From positions 1-44,111 of the forward strand of contig CAISUK010000193.1 in NCBI GenBank assembly GCA_903888645.1: 44,111 nucleotides of DNA. Direction: 5' to 3'. The notes below the pieces were generated by a model that saw only the letters and a program-made list of their open reading frames with translations, did not search any database and was not told the DNA's origin. Positions 1 to 9,233 of this stretch are shown here, in pieces. The translations under genes were made by a program, and so were the position numbers. The stretch is from an uncultured Pseudomonadota bacterium (GTDB lineage: Bacteria; Pseudomonadota; Gammaproteobacteria; Burkholderiales; Rhodocyclaceae). Position 1 is the first letter of the stretch. Each line of letters begins with the position of its first letter.

Positions 1-1097
1 CCGGTATCGATGGCATCGGCCGCGGCGGTCCAGTCGTCCAGCTTCTTCTTCACGTCAGGCATCACATCAGCCATCTTCGACTTGGCGTTCTGCGTGGCGC
101 GCACGTGATTGGCGGTCACCACCGACTTGGTCGCATTGGGGTCGAGGACATGGACGCCCAAGGTGAGCAGAAAAGGTGCGCTGTATTGCAGGGCCGGCTG
201 CATCAGGTCGCCGATGAGCGATCCCATCTGCCACAAGGCGAACCGTTCCGGAAAACTCTTGATCGAGTAGAAGCGGGCCTCGAGCACGTCGGGGCTGGCT
301 TCCTTCCACAGCGTCAGGCCGCCCGGGTGAGGGTCCTGGATGGTATCGAAGTCGACGATCTGGTCACGCAGTTCGCGGCCGTCGTCGTAATGCAGGTCAG
401 GTGCGTCGGTCTGGGAAATGCGATCGGGATTGGTGAAGAGGGCGCACCAGTTGATCAGATCGGCGGCGTCGCAGACGCGATTGGGCAGCGACGCCGAACG
501 CAAGGTGGAGGACATCGAGTCGCGCAGCGCGAGGAGGGCATCGCGTTTGGATAGGTCATTGGCATCGCCGGGAAACGCTACGCTCAGCATCAGCCGGAAA
601 TCCCGAATCGTGTAATGGAATCCGGCGGTGAGCGAGTGCTGGGCGCCGTGTAAGAGGTGATCGGCGCGTTGCCGGGCGAGTTTGCGAAACAGATTGGTGT
701 TGCGCGCCGGCCGGCCGAACTGCTTGGCCTGATCTGCCTGATCGATATCCTCGACGCGCAGGTTGGCATACTGGCGCAATTGGCTGCGCACTTGCGGCGA
801 GGCAAACAGATGAAACTGGATGCCGGTTCCAGCGGGGCAATTGGCGTAGAGCGAGACCAGGACTTCGGCCATGCGCTCATCCGCCCCCGACTGCGGCATC
901 AGTTCCAACATGAATCCCATGCTGTCGCGGTTCACAAAAAGCTTCTCGGCGGCGAGATAGGCAGCGTAGGGCAGCCAGTTGGCGAACTGTTCGGCCGGTG
1001 TATCGGCCGGTTCGCCAATCTGAAAATGCCGCGCATGGCGCGAGTCTTTACGCGGGTTTGCGTCAGTGTCGGTCGGAGCGGATGAAGGTGCATTCAT
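1..1097 (-). CDS. Conjugative transfer ATPase, TraC/VirB4-like, N-terminal ~365 aa (partial, continues past window start)
   Basis: Minus-strand frame open from ATG at 1095-1097 (MNAPSSA...) to position 1. It is absent from the ORF track because it has no stop in the window. Hand translation near the edge reads ...VVTANHVRATQNAKSKMADVMPDVKKKLDDWTAAADAIDT. It sits directly after the TraV-like gene, as in MPF-G/F arrays. Confidence 0.7.
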   Translation of the reverse strand, partial: MNAPSSAPTDTDANPRKDSRHARHFQIGEPADTPAEQFANWLPYAAYLAAEKLFVNRDSMGFMLELMPQSGADERMAEVLVSLYANCPAGTGIQFHLFASPQVRSQLRQYANLRVEDIDQADQAKQFGRPARNTNLFRKLARQRADHLLHGAQHSLTAGFHYTIRDFRLMLSVAFPGDANDLSKRDALLALRDSMSSTLRSASLPNRVCDAADLINWCALFTNPDRISQTDAPDLHYDDGRELRDQIVDFDTIQDPHPGGLTLWKEASPDVLEARFYSIKSFPERFALWQMGSLIGDLMQPALQYSAPFLLTLGVHVLDPNATKSVVTANHVRATQNAKSKMADVMPDVKKKLDDWTAAADAIDT

Positions 1098-1104
1098 GAC
1101 GGGC

Positions 1105-1725
1105 TCACTGCGACCCTGGATTGCCGCTACCAGGCGCGGGCTGTAGCGGAGGAAATGCATTACCCGACGCCGATGGGCGAGGCAAGGGCAGGTTGAATGG
1201 AGTACCGGTTGACCCGGCGGGATCGGCATTCGTGTCGGCCGATGCCTTGGGCGGTCGCAGCGGTGCATAACTGTTGCGAATTTGCTGCTGCACGTGGTCG
1301 ATCAGCCACTCGCCGTTATCGACCTTCACGTACACAAATCCTTGGTCGAACAGGTCACCATCGGCGTCTTCCCAAGGCTTGATCCACAGTCGCAAGACGT
1401 GGGCCTGGGACCGTAGCGGACTAGAGACCACAGTGAGGTTGCCATCGCCTGCAGCCGCCGAAACTGCCGTGGGTTGAGGCCTCGATCGCTGCGTCATGGT
1501 GGTGGCGAGTGTCGACGCTGCGGGCTCGACGGAGGGTGCTGGCCGCTGGCCTGGCAGATTATGGTGAATGGCATTGGCGTAGGTACCGGAGACAGAGTCG
1601 CAGGCCACGCCTTCGGGGGCCCTGCAGGCGTACTTGGACTCGCCGCTCAACCCGGACATATTCATGCAACCGCTCAAGGCGAAAAGCAAGCAAGCGCCAG
1701 CCACGGCGATGACAGGAGACTTCAT
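1105..1725 (-). CDS. TraV-like conjugative transfer lipoprotein (TIGR03751-type)
   Basis: Signal peptide with lipobox (LFALSGC). Cys-containing N-terminal motif [15 protein letters not shown] is typical of TraV-like lipoproteins. ATGA start/stop overlap with the upstream gene at 1722-1725. Confidence 0.8.
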   Translation of the reverse strand: MKSPVIAVAGACLLFALSGCMNMSGLSGESKYACRAPEGVACDSVSGTYANAIHHNLPGQRPAPSVEPAASTLATTMTQRSRPQPTAVSAAAGDGNLTVVSSPLRSQAHVLRLWIKPWEDADGDLFDQGFVYVKVDNGEWLIDHVQQQIRNSYAPLRPPKASADTNADPAGSTGTPFNLPLPRPSASGNAFPPLQPAPGSGNPGSQ

Positions 1726-2561
1726 GGTTGTGGTTCCTCGGGCTTGTTTGATGCGGCCTGCGCGAGTCGTCCTTCAAGCACCGTGCGCCCGACAAAGCCT
1801 TCGCTGCGTGATCCGTCTGCCCAGACCAGGGTAGGTGTGGCTTGCACACCCAGTTGTCGGGCCAGCGCCAGGTTACGATCGATGGGGTGAGGGCACGGGG
1901 CGCCCGTGTTCAGTAACGTGCTGTCGCCCTGCTGCATCAGGCGTTGCCAGGCTTCCCTGCGATCTGCCGCGCACCAAATGGCGATGGGTTGCGCCTCACC
2001 CTGGAAGGGGACGAGAAAGGTATGGATCGTGACGTTGTCGATTCCGGCCAGTTCCACTTCCAGTTGCTTGCAATAGGGGCAGTTGGGATCGCTGAAGACC
2101 ACGATCACGCGTGTCCCATCGCCGCGGACGGTCTTGATCGCATCGTCGAGCGGCAGCTGGTCGATGCGTACCGGGAGCGCTGACGTGCGTGCTGTCTCCA
2201 CGGCCACGTCGGTTGATCCATTGGGAATACCCGTGTTGGCGGCCTGCGCCAACTTCGGGCCGGTGAGATCCTGCATCGTCACCGTGTCGAAGAGTCGACC
2301 GAAGAGGAAATAGCGTGGATTCCTGGCTGAAACGTAGGCGACGTTGCCGTTCATCCAGACTTCGTAGAGGCCGGCGACCGGGGCGCGCGTTACGGCCGTG
2401 AAGTGCGTACCCGGATGGGCCAGTTGCAAGACTTTCAACAATCGGGTTTCGTCAGCAGTTGCTGCATGGGCGACTTGAGCCATTCCGAGCCACCCGGCGA
2501 CCATGATCGTGACCAGGTGCGTGGCTCCCACTCGGCTGCCCACAAATTCAGTCGTTACCAT
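1722..2561 (-). CDS. DsbC-family thiol:disulfide interchange protein
   Basis: Thioredoxin-fold active site [12 protein letters not shown]-terminal signal peptide, C-terminal PT...G motif region. Embedded in the transfer operon. Confidence 0.85.
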   Translation of the reverse strand: MVTTEFVGSRVGATHLVTIMVAGWLGMAQVAHAATADETRLLKVLQLAHPGTHFTAVTRAPVAGLYEVWMNGNVAYVSARNPRYFLFGRLFDTVTMQDLTGPKLAQAANTGIPNGSTDVAVETARTSALPVRIDQLPLDDAIKTVRGDGTRVIVVFSDPNCPYCKQLEVELAGIDNVTIHTFLVPFQGEAQPIAIWCAADRREAWQRLMQQGDSTLLNTGAPCPHPIDRNLALARQLGVQATPTLVWADGSRSEGFVGRTVLEGRLAQAASNKPEEPQP

Positions 2562-3942
2562 CGTCGGCGGTCTCCAGGCTGCGGGCGTCTGGCGAAGCAG
2601 AAACCCGTTGGGTCGGGGTCGTACTCGCCGTCATCGGGACATCGATGCGCACGCCCTTGGTGATCACCACATCGATCTCGCGACCGGCATCCACTTCGAT
2701 GACCGGAAAGGTGTTCTCGGCCAGCTTGATGTAGTACTGGGCGAGGCGGTCGAGCGCCTTGCCGACGCCACTGCCGAGGCCGGCGCGATAGGCCTCCGCG
2801 CCGGAGGTGCTGGCCACGGTACCCAGTGCCGACGTGCTGTATTCCGTCGAGGAGGTGGCGAGTCCTTGGCCGATGCCGCTGACCACGCCGGCCAGCAGGG
2901 CATTGGCGAGCATCTGGCCCTGCTTGGTGACCAGTCGCCCGCGCATGCCGACTTTGCCGTCCTCGCCATAGACGCTGCCCTGGATCTTCACTTCCAGCGT
3001 CGCGCCGTCGGCACGCACGCAGGAGAGGTTCTCGGTACGCAGGTAGGCGCGCTCGGAGCTGATGTCGCCGTAGCCGGCGGCGATCACGAAGCAATCGCGG
3101 TAGCCGCCGCGAAACCGGTTGGGTAGCACGCTGTTGTCCGAAAGACGAATCAGGACCGGGTGGGGATTGGTCTGTGACTGCCCGCCGGTGGGGGCGTCCA
3201 GCCCGCCCAGCAGCATGCCGCGCGCAAAACTGACCGGCAGGAAGGTGGCGGTCGTGCGGGGACCCAAATCGGCCGATGTGGCGCCGGTCGCGGTGGCGGG
3301 AGTCACGTTGGTTCCAACCGCGGATTTCGCTCGGTCGACGAGGGAGATGCGGGTGATGGCCGGCACCGCCGGCGTCAATGGCGTGAGCGAAGTCAGGTCG
3401 CCTGGCGGTCCACTCGGCAGCATGCTCGCCGAAGGCGATTTAGCGGGTGGTGGGGCCGGCGGCAGGTTGGAGGCGGGTGGCATGCCAGTCGGCGTGGTTG
3501 CTGGTAAAGACGCTGATGGCACGGGCTCCGATGGCATTGGTGCCGGGGCCGCTTGTTGAGTGGACGTCAGCCGTTGTTCTAGTTCGCTAAAGCGCTGCAA
3601 GGTGCGCGCTTCAAAGGCCTGGCGGTCCTTGTTCAATCGCCCCTGTTCTTCGCGCTCATTCTCATACTGGGCGAGCTTGCGTCCGGCGTTACCGACCCAT
3701 TGATCGACCGGATTGACCTGACCGCCCGGCGGCATGACGCCGATATTGGTGACGGTGCCGGGTTGTCCAGCCGGCGACCGAGCCTCGTTCTTTGTTGTGC
3801 TGCCGGTCAAGGCAAAAATCAGCCAGAGGATGCCCACACCGCCCGCCACGATGACTCCGAGCAACGCATATTGGCGCTGTCTCGGCGAGAGACGCTCGAT
3901 CAGACCGCGCACGGCGTTGCCCGGCTGAGGCAGCTGATTCAT
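2548..3942 (-). CDS. TraB/VirB10-like ICE protein (TIGR03752-type)
   Basis: 464 aa. N-terminal TM segment, coiled-coil region, Pro-rich linker and conserved C-terminal beta domain. Position between the TraK-like and TraV-like genes. ATGA overlap at 3939-3942. Confidence 0.8.
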   Translation of the reverse strand: MNQLPQPGNAVRGLIERLSPRQRQYALLGVIVAGGVGILWLIFALTGSTTKNEARSPAGQPGTVTNIGVMPPGGQVNPVDQWVGNAGRKLAQYENEREEQGRLNKDRQAFEARTLQRFSELEQRLTSTQQAAPAPMPSEPVPSASLPATTPTGMPPASNLPPAPPPAKSPSASMLPSGPPGDLTSLTPLTPAVPAITRISLVDRAKSAVGTNVTPATATGATSADLGPRTTATFLPVSFARGMLLGGLDAPTGGQSQTNPHPVLIRLSDNSVLPNRFRGGYRDCFVIAAGYGDISSERAYLRTENLSCVRADGATLEVKIQGSVYGEDGKVGMRGRLVTKQGQMLANALLAGVVSGIGQGLATSSTEYSTSALGTVASTSGAEAYRAGLGSGVGKALDRLAQYYIKLAENTFPVIEVDAGREIDVVITKGVRIDVPMTASTTPTQRVSASPDARSLETADDGND

Positions 3943-4823
3943 GGCGATGCCTCGCGGCGGATGACATAGACGGCCGTGCTCTCACCCGGCCGCAGGTTGT
4001 GGTGCTCGATGGCGACCGCGGCGACGTCGCCGCCCGTTTGACTGTTGGGACGATCGAACTCTTGTTCGGCCAGCACCATCTGGCCGCTGCTGATGTTCTG
4101 CAGCTGGTAGGTCTCGCCGATCAGGCCGCGACCCTCAAAACGGTGCATCAAGGTGAAACGCGCTTCGGTCCATAACTGGACCGTGCGGTGGACCGCTTCG
4201 ACATTGATGTCCGTAGGGACGTGGTCGGAGGCCATCGCCAGGAGCAAGAACTTCAGCGCCCGAACATGGCTCGGTGCGGCGCCGGCCGGCAGTATTGTGG
4301 CGGTTGCCGTCTGGTGAGCCTTGAGCGTCTTGTCGCGAATGACGATCGTGTCGGCGGGAGTGTCCGAGCGGCGCAGCAACAGCGTGTAAGTAGCGTTCGC
4401 CGACGAAATGAACAGGTTGATCGGTTTGAGCGATTCGCCGGCCGGGCGGATGTAGATTTCGCCTTTGTCACGATCGCACTCGAGAACGAGTTCGCCGTTG
4501 GGGTTCGTCGCTGGTGCATTGCCGCCCACCGGCGATGTTCCAGGGGCGGGCGGCAGCGCGGAATTGCTGCCGCAGTTGCTCGAGAGGATGTTGCCGAAGA
4601 CATCGGTGATCGGCGCATTCTCGATGCGGATGCGGGTGGGTTCCTTGATCGACAGGATGGCTTCGACCGCAACGCCATCGCTGGCTTCGACGAGTTGGAG
4701 CGCACGGACCGGCGTCGTCGCCACGACCGCAGCGAGCGTGATGACGATCATGCTGATGGGATGCGGCGAAAGCGCCATCGATTGCTGCCGCCACTCAGGG
4801 CAGGATGGCTTATTTGCTCGCAT
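3939..4823 (-). CDS. TraK-like (secretin/VirB9-like) ICE protein (TIGR03749-type)
   Basis: Signal peptide ...AAVVATTPVRA followed by a TraK-like N-terminal beta region (VAVEAILSIKEPTRIRIENAPITDVFGN). Start chosen at ATG 4823 (AGGA 9 nt upstream). ATG 4778 is an alternative. The track ORF extends to 4868. Confidence 0.75.
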   Translation of the reverse strand: MRANKPSCPEWRQQSMALSPHPISMIVITLAAVVATTPVRALQLVEASDGVAVEAILSIKEPTRIRIENAPITDVFGNILSSNCGSNSALPPAPGTSPVGGNAPATNPNGELVLECDRDKGEIYIRPAGESLKPINLFISSANATYTLLLRRSDTPADTIVIRDKTLKAHQTATATILPAGAAPSHVRALKFLLLAMASDHVPTDINVEAVHRTVQLWTEARFTLMHRFEGRGLIGETYQLQNISSGQMVLAEQEFDRPNSQTGGDVAAVAIEHHNLRPGESTAVYVIRREASP

Positions 4824-5376
4824 AGGGCAGTTCCTTGAAGGCATTGACGTGCATGCGGGCGCCGGCATAGCTGAACTCGATCTGGTAGGCCTTGAGATCG
4901 TTGGCGGTCTCGAAGCCGTTCACGAGCGTCCGCAGGCGGCCGCGGATGACGAGGGTTTGCCCCTCCTCATTGGCGACGAGTTGCTGGGGCGCAAAAATCG
5001 TTGCGGCATTGATCCGCTTGAGCCGCTCCGCTTCCACTTCCTGGCGCGTCTTGAGCGCACCGTACTGGTCGGGTTCGACGTAGCCGAGCAGGATGTCCTT
5101 CTTCCAGTCGATCGATGCCGGTGTCACATCAAGGATCAGCCAGGCGATAAAACTGCCCATCTGCTCGAGATACTCGCTGCTCGCCTTGTCGCGCGACACC
5201 CAGAAAGTCTTGTTGAGCGACGGCGGCACGACCACCGTGCGCACCGTCCCGAGCAGATTGATGATGACGAGCAGGGACAGGATCTGGCCCACGGCAAGGA
5301 GCCCGAGGGCGAGTCCCAGTCCACGATTGCGCCTGCGCATTGTCCGGATGTCGCTGTTGAGTCGATCGAAGTCCAT
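4810..5376 (-). CDS. TraE-like (VirB8-like) ICE protein (TIGR03746-type)
   Basis: 188 aa, single N-terminal TM helix (LGLALGLLAVGQILSLLVIINLL) followed by a periplasmic domain. Size and position match TraE-like proteins of MPF-G/F systems. Confidence 0.75.
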   Translation of the reverse strand: MDFDRLNSDIRTMRRRNRGLGLALGLLAVGQILSLLVIINLLGTVRTVVVPPSLNKTFWVSRDKASSEYLEQMGSFIAWLILDVTPASIDWKKDILLGYVEPDQYGALKTRQEVEAERLKRINAATIFAPQQLVANEEGQTLVIRGRLRTLVNGFETANDLKAYQIEFSYAGARMHVNAFKELPYASK

Positions 5377-5391
5377 GGAAATCGTTTCGCT

Positions 5392-5691
5392 TCAGCCGAC
5401 CATGCGGCGGATGTGAGAGGGCGGTGTTGCCCGCATCGCCGTCATCGGACTGGTCGGCAGATGCCAATACAGCCAGTGGATGGCGTAGGCGGGGTGCTTG
5501 TCCGCCTTCAGGCGCGAGATCCAGCGCGAGAGGAAGATGCCGGTGGCCAGGCAGACGGCGAAGGACAGCTTCGACCCCGACATATATCCCACGAAAAACA
5601 GGAAGAGCAGCGGCGCCGCAACGTCGACATCCCAGAAGCCAATCTTCCACTGGTCGTCGAGGCGGCGCGGAATATAGGTGTCAGTACCCAT
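5392..5691 (-). CDS. TraL-like conjugative transfer region protein (TIGR03750-type)
   Basis: 99 aa. N-terminal IPRRLDDQWKIGFWDVD motif and two TM segments, typical of TraL/VirB3-like proteins. Adjacent to the pilin-like gene. Confidence 0.75.
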   Translation of the reverse strand: MGTDTYIPRRLDDQWKIGFWDVDVAAPLLFLFFVGYMSGSKLSFAVCLATGIFLSRWISRLKADKHPAYAIHWLYWHLPTSPMTAMRATPPSHIRRMVG

Positions 5692-5720
5692 GACCTTGTC
5701 CTGAAAGGAATGACTTCAGC

Positions 5721-6071
5721 TCAGACGACGGCGCCCATGATCGCGCCGGCGATCACCAGGCCAACGGCAGCGAAGATGGCCAGTCCGACATAGAAAAGCA
5801 CCGGGCCGAAGTTGCGCAGCGCCGAGAGGGAAATCAGCGCGACGACGAAGCCCACAAAACCGACCAAGGCCTTGATGCCCGGTCCAAGTGCTGAGATCTG
5901 TGCCAGTGCCGAGGTGAGCGGCCCGGTAATGCCGGTGAAAGCGACCAGGTCGAGGGCGTAACCGGGCAGGGCGACGCCGAGTCCGAGCACCAGAATCGCC
6001 AGTGGCAGCGTCGTTCGCACCGAATTATGTGATATCGATATCGAGCGAGAACTTGGTATGGCAGGTTTCAT
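5721..6071 (-). CDS. ICE membrane protein, pilin-like (TIGR03745-type)
   Basis: 116 aa with a long leader and two Gly/Ala-rich hydrophobic helices. GGAG RBS 7 nt upstream. Canonical position before the TraL-like gene. Confidence 0.75.
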   Translation of the reverse strand: MKPAIPSSRSISISHNSVRTTLPLAILVLGLGVALPGYALDLVAFTGITGPLTSALAQISALGPGIKALVGFVGFVVALISLSALRNFGPVLFYVGLAIFAAVGLVIAGAIMGAVV

Positions 6072-6192
6072 CTAAATCTCCTGGGTTGGATTGAAAGGAA
6101 GGCTGGGAAGCTGCATTCGGATAGCCGCTCAAAAAACGCTGTGCCCGCTTTGCCGGCATCGGCGGCTGGGGTCGCAAGTGACCAGTGCATTG

Positions 6193-6867
6193 TCATGGCC
6201 GATCCTCTCCCCGGATAACGACTTCGACGCGGCGGTTCAGGGCGCGATCGGAAGCGTTGTCGTTTGATGCGATGTAGCAGCAAGCGCCTTGCGCGCTGAC
6301 GATCAGTGCAGACGCCAGCCTGGGATGTGATCGGCGCAGGTAATCGCGGACCGCGTGCGCGCGCGCCCAGGCCAGCGTTTCATTGGCGGCCTGTGGTCCC
6401 GTGCTGTCGGTACGGCCCGTGATCGTGACGCTATGCGCCGTGATGATGTCCGCGGTGGCCTGATCCAACCGCGCTTTTGCAGCGGGACCCAGCGTCGCGC
6501 TAGCGAACGCGAATGGAATGGTGATCGTTCGCGGCGATTCGGGCGGCCTTGCGGACGTGTTCACGATCGAATCGGGAATGATGGCTTGGCCGTGTGCAGG
6601 CAAATGGGTGCCGTCGATCCGTTGGTTTGAGTTGCCGGTGGCAAGTGTCTTGGGTGTTCGTGTCGGGCATGCCGGCGGGATGCATCGCGCGAATGCCGCG
6701 TCAGAATCGAAGTCGATCTGAGCAATCCGCGCGGCGGCTGCGACTGGTGTATCCGTGACTGCGTGGGCCGAAGGTTTCACGGGTGGTGGACTGCATGACG
6801 ACACGAGCAAGCCGAAGCCGCCAGAAATGGCGAGTCCGATTAAACGATGTTGGTATTGCGGCGTCAT
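6193..6867 (-). CDS. OmpA/MotB-domain lipoprotein (peptidoglycan-binding)
   Basis: Lipobox LLVSSC. C-terminal OmpA-like motif ITGRTDSTGPQAANETLAWARAHAVRDYL...NRRVEVVI. ATGA overlap with the transglycosylase gene at 6864-6867. Confidence 0.8.
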   Translation of the reverse strand: MTPQYQHRLIGLAISGGFGLLVSSCSPPPVKPSAHAVTDTPVAAAARIAQIDFDSDAAFARCIPPACPTRTPKTLATGNSNQRIDGTHLPAHGQAIIPDSIVNTSARPPESPRTITIPFAFASATLGPAAKARLDQATADIITAHSVTITGRTDSTGPQAANETLAWARAHAVRDYLRRSHPRLASALIVSAQGACCYIASNDNASDRALNRRVEVVIRGEDRP

Positions 6868-7400
6868 GGCGAAACCCTCACTGACATCAGTGCGGGAATC
6901 GCGGTCGCGGTTGGACGGAATGATTTGGCCGCATATGAGCGACCTTGCGAGGGCAAGTTGCGATAGACCCGCCAGGCATACTGGGCACGAGTCTTGGCGC
7001 AGGACTCCCGATCAAGCTGTGAGCACGCGGCGTTGTAGGCGCCGACACCATTCCACGTCGCGCCGTAGCGCGAAAAGCAGTCGGCGAGCAGCCACGCGCC
7101 GACCTGAATGTTGGTGCAGGGCTGGTAGAGATCGGTTTCCTTGATGCCATGGCGGGCCAAGGTATGCAGGTGGCCACTATTGATCTGCATGAGCCCGATG
7201 TCATAGGACCCGGTGTGCTGGGTGTGTGAGCGATTGATCGCCCTTGGGTTGAGGTTCGACTCGACCTTGGCGATGGCATAGAGCAGGTCGGCCGATACGC
7301 CGTAGCGCTGTGCTGCAGCCTCCCAGCAAGCCTGCGCAGGGGCGGGTGTGATCGCGAGGGTGGTCAAGGCAGCCAAGGTGACAGACGAAGACAGACGCAC
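6864..7400 (-). CDS. Lytic transglycosylase (SLT domain)
   Basis: Signal peptide and the SLT catalytic motif AIAKVESNLNPRAIN...YDIGLMQIN. GTG start with AGGA upstream. Confidence 0.85.
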   Translation of the reverse strand: MRLSSSVTLAALTTLAITPAPAQACWEAAAQRYGVSADLLYAIAKVESNLNPRAINRSHTQHTGSYDIGLMQINSGHLHTLARHGIKETDLYQPCTNIQVGAWLLADCFSRYGATWNGVGAYNAACSQLDRESCAKTRAQYAWRVYRNLPSQGRSYAAKSFRPTATAIPALMSVRVSP

Positions 7401-7600
7401 GAGGTCCTATCCAACAGATCCGGAAACACCCGCCAGTGGGCGGGCAACAAGGTCTGGGCCGTCGGCGGTGCGCGACGGTCGGGGTCGGGTTCGGGTGGTT
7501 ACATCACCTGGCGAGCCAGGTGATGCGAGGTGCGCGGGTCAGAAGCGGGTGTATTGCAGGTGAGTGGCGATGAATGACAACGGTTGAGGCGAGACTGATT

Positions 7601-8095
7601 TCAGCTGGAAGAACCTGTCCAACTTCGTTGGGCGCGTTCCACAATGTTGCGGCGTGCCTGTTGCAGGACGGCGGATCCCGAAATGTCCCAGGAGCGGCAG
7701 AGGGCGACGCATGCCGTTGTCAATTGGTCGAGTTGAAACTTGGGATTGGGGTGGCGGTTTTGTGGAGAGCGCTGCAGGTCCAGCAGACACTGATACTGCT
7801 GACGCCACATCGATTCGCGACGACGTGGCGTCAGCGGTTCGCGTAGCACCAGTTCGGTCCCCAGGAACTGAAAAATGAGTGAAGCGGCATTGTTGTGGGC
7901 AAAGACCAGCGAGACGCAAGCGCTGATGAGATCGGGGAAGCGGAAGGTTGGCGAGACGTTGTTGTGGCTGCGCAGCAGGCCGTAAAGCCAATCGTGCTCA
8001 TCGAGCCATAAGCGCGTCTCGATGACATCCTGCGTTTCGCTCTCCGCTGCGTGACGTGGGGCGGTGTGGCGATGAGTCGTTGTCGCGGTAATCAC
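7601..8095 (-). CDS. Hypothetical protein with internal tandem repeat (possible double ribbon-helix-helix)
   Basis: 164-aa ORF with a GTG start and GAGG 9-12 nt upstream. Two related segments: TFRFPDLISACVSLVFAHNNAASLIFQFL and KFQLDQLTTACVALCRSWDISGSAVLQQA. No family recognised. Confidence 0.5.
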   Translation of the reverse strand: MITATTTHRHTAPRHAAESETQDVIETRLWLDEHDWLYGLLRSHNNVSPTFRFPDLISACVSLVFAHNNAASLIFQFLGTELVLREPLTPRRRESMWRQQYQCLLDLQRSPQNRHPNPKFQLDQLTTACVALCRSWDISGSAVLQQARRNIVERAQRSWTGSSS

Positions 8096-8366
8096 GGCGC
8101 TGACCTCGATTCAGTGGCGATGGGTTGCAGTGCATTACGCATGACCGAAGTCTAGGCAGTTAGGACATTGGAGTCTCAGCGGAATGCCCGTCTTGTGGCG
8201 GGGATTTCGCGATTAGCATAGCGATCGATAGATTGCTTTCAATGCCAATTGCGAAATGCGATCGTTGGTCCGGATACCGGCAGGCTGAGCCAGGCGTACA
8301 TCCGTAGTCGACATACCCTTTAAGGCATCGATCGCTCGGGTCGAGCTTTCGCATGCGAGATTCATG

Positions 8367-9233
8367 CTACCAAGGCAGCTCGAGATAAAACGACTCGATT
8401 CGCGCAAACGACTCCTCAAATGCGGGCAGGTCATCACCGATATCATCAGCCAATCCAGCGTATTCGCTAGCAGCCATGGCCTTGATCTGTGCATCGCTGA
8501 TGGAGCGCGGGTTGGCTTCGATACCTCGCGAAGCGCAGGACTTAAGGATGTAGCCTGCGATCTGCATACGCTCGTGGTCCGACAAGGGCGCACAGCGACA
8601 CAGCAATAGGTACAAGTCATACACATCCTGCCGCCGATTGCGATGACGGAGTGGCTGCTGCAGCAATGCCCGGTACTTCTCGGCGATCAGGTTGCAAAGC
8701 CCATAGGTCTGGAGCTGCTCGCCGCCCTGCAGGGACAACACTTCGACGTCATACACAGCTTCGTTGTAACTGTGGTCAATCTTGACCACGTCGGGCGACA
8801 TTCCTGCCTTGAGGCGGGCCATGTGCGACGGATTACTGCGTGAAGCGTAGCCGATGCTCAGTTTCAGGGCCGGAAAACTCCCGACCTGGTTGGCCGGAGA
8901 TAGGATGGCGCCTTGCAGTCGACACACGATATCGTAAGGCAGTTGCTGATTTGTCCACTCGAGCTGTGCTTCAAGTTCGGCAAGCAAGGCCTCCTGGTCC
9001 GCACTGCTCCACATTTCGTGTGTGGAGAAGTCGATATCCTTGGTGAACCGGCTGCTGTCGTAGCGGATGGCCATGAGCAGCCCGCCCTTCATGATCATCC
9101 TTGAGCGCAAACCCACGGACGTACTGATGGTCATGAGGACGATATGCACCGCCTGGCGAAATCGGCGCTGATTGGCGGGTGCCGCTGCGACCCAGTGCGC
9201 CAAGTCCAACTCATGCAATTCCTCAGCGTTCAT
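8367..9233 (-). CDS. abiEii: AbiEii/AbiGii-family nucleotidyltransferase toxin (DUF1814)
   Basis: Motifs MKGGLLMAIRY...RFTKDIDF (NTase G-x-D-x-D) and KYRALLQQ...RRQDVYDLYLL. Start taken at ATG 9233 (MNAEELHELD...), overlapping the abiEi stop by 11 nt. The track ORF extends to 9344. Confidence 0.85.
   Translation of the reverse strand: MNAEELHELDLAHWVAAAPANQRRFRQAVHIVLMTISTSVGLRSRMIMKGGLLMAIRYDSSRFTKDIDFSTHEMWSSADQEALLAELEAQLEWTNQQLPYDIVCRLQGAILSPANQVGSFPALKLSIGYASRSNPSHMARLKAGMSPDVVKIDHSYNEAVYDVEVLSLQGGEQLQTYGLCNLIAEKYRALLQQPLRHRNRRQDVYDLYLLLCRCAPLSDHERMQIAGYILKSCASRGIEANPRSISDAQIKAMAASEYAGLADDIGDDLPAFEESFARIESFYLELPW

Noticed and set aside
105-1085. Plus-strand ORFs 105-554 and 657-1085
   Set aside because: Both lie antisense to the uninterrupted TraC-like reading frame, which runs off the window edge.
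4465-5793. 442-aa plus-strand ORF spanning the TraK/TraE/TraL-like region
   Set aside because: It lies antisense to three well-supported minus-strand genes. Its Arg/Gly/Ala/His-rich low-complexity translation is typical of shadow ORFs in GC-rich DNA.
6068-6283. 71-aa minus-strand ORF as the missing small TIGR03758-like membrane protein
   Set aside because: It mostly overlaps the OmpA-domain gene in another frame. It has no hydrophobic helices and no RBS.
8171-8182. 12-nt inverted match (TTGGAGTCTCAG) with 21648-21659
   Set aside because: Many 12-mer matches are expected by chance between two strands of a 44-kb window, and there is no extended similarity around it.
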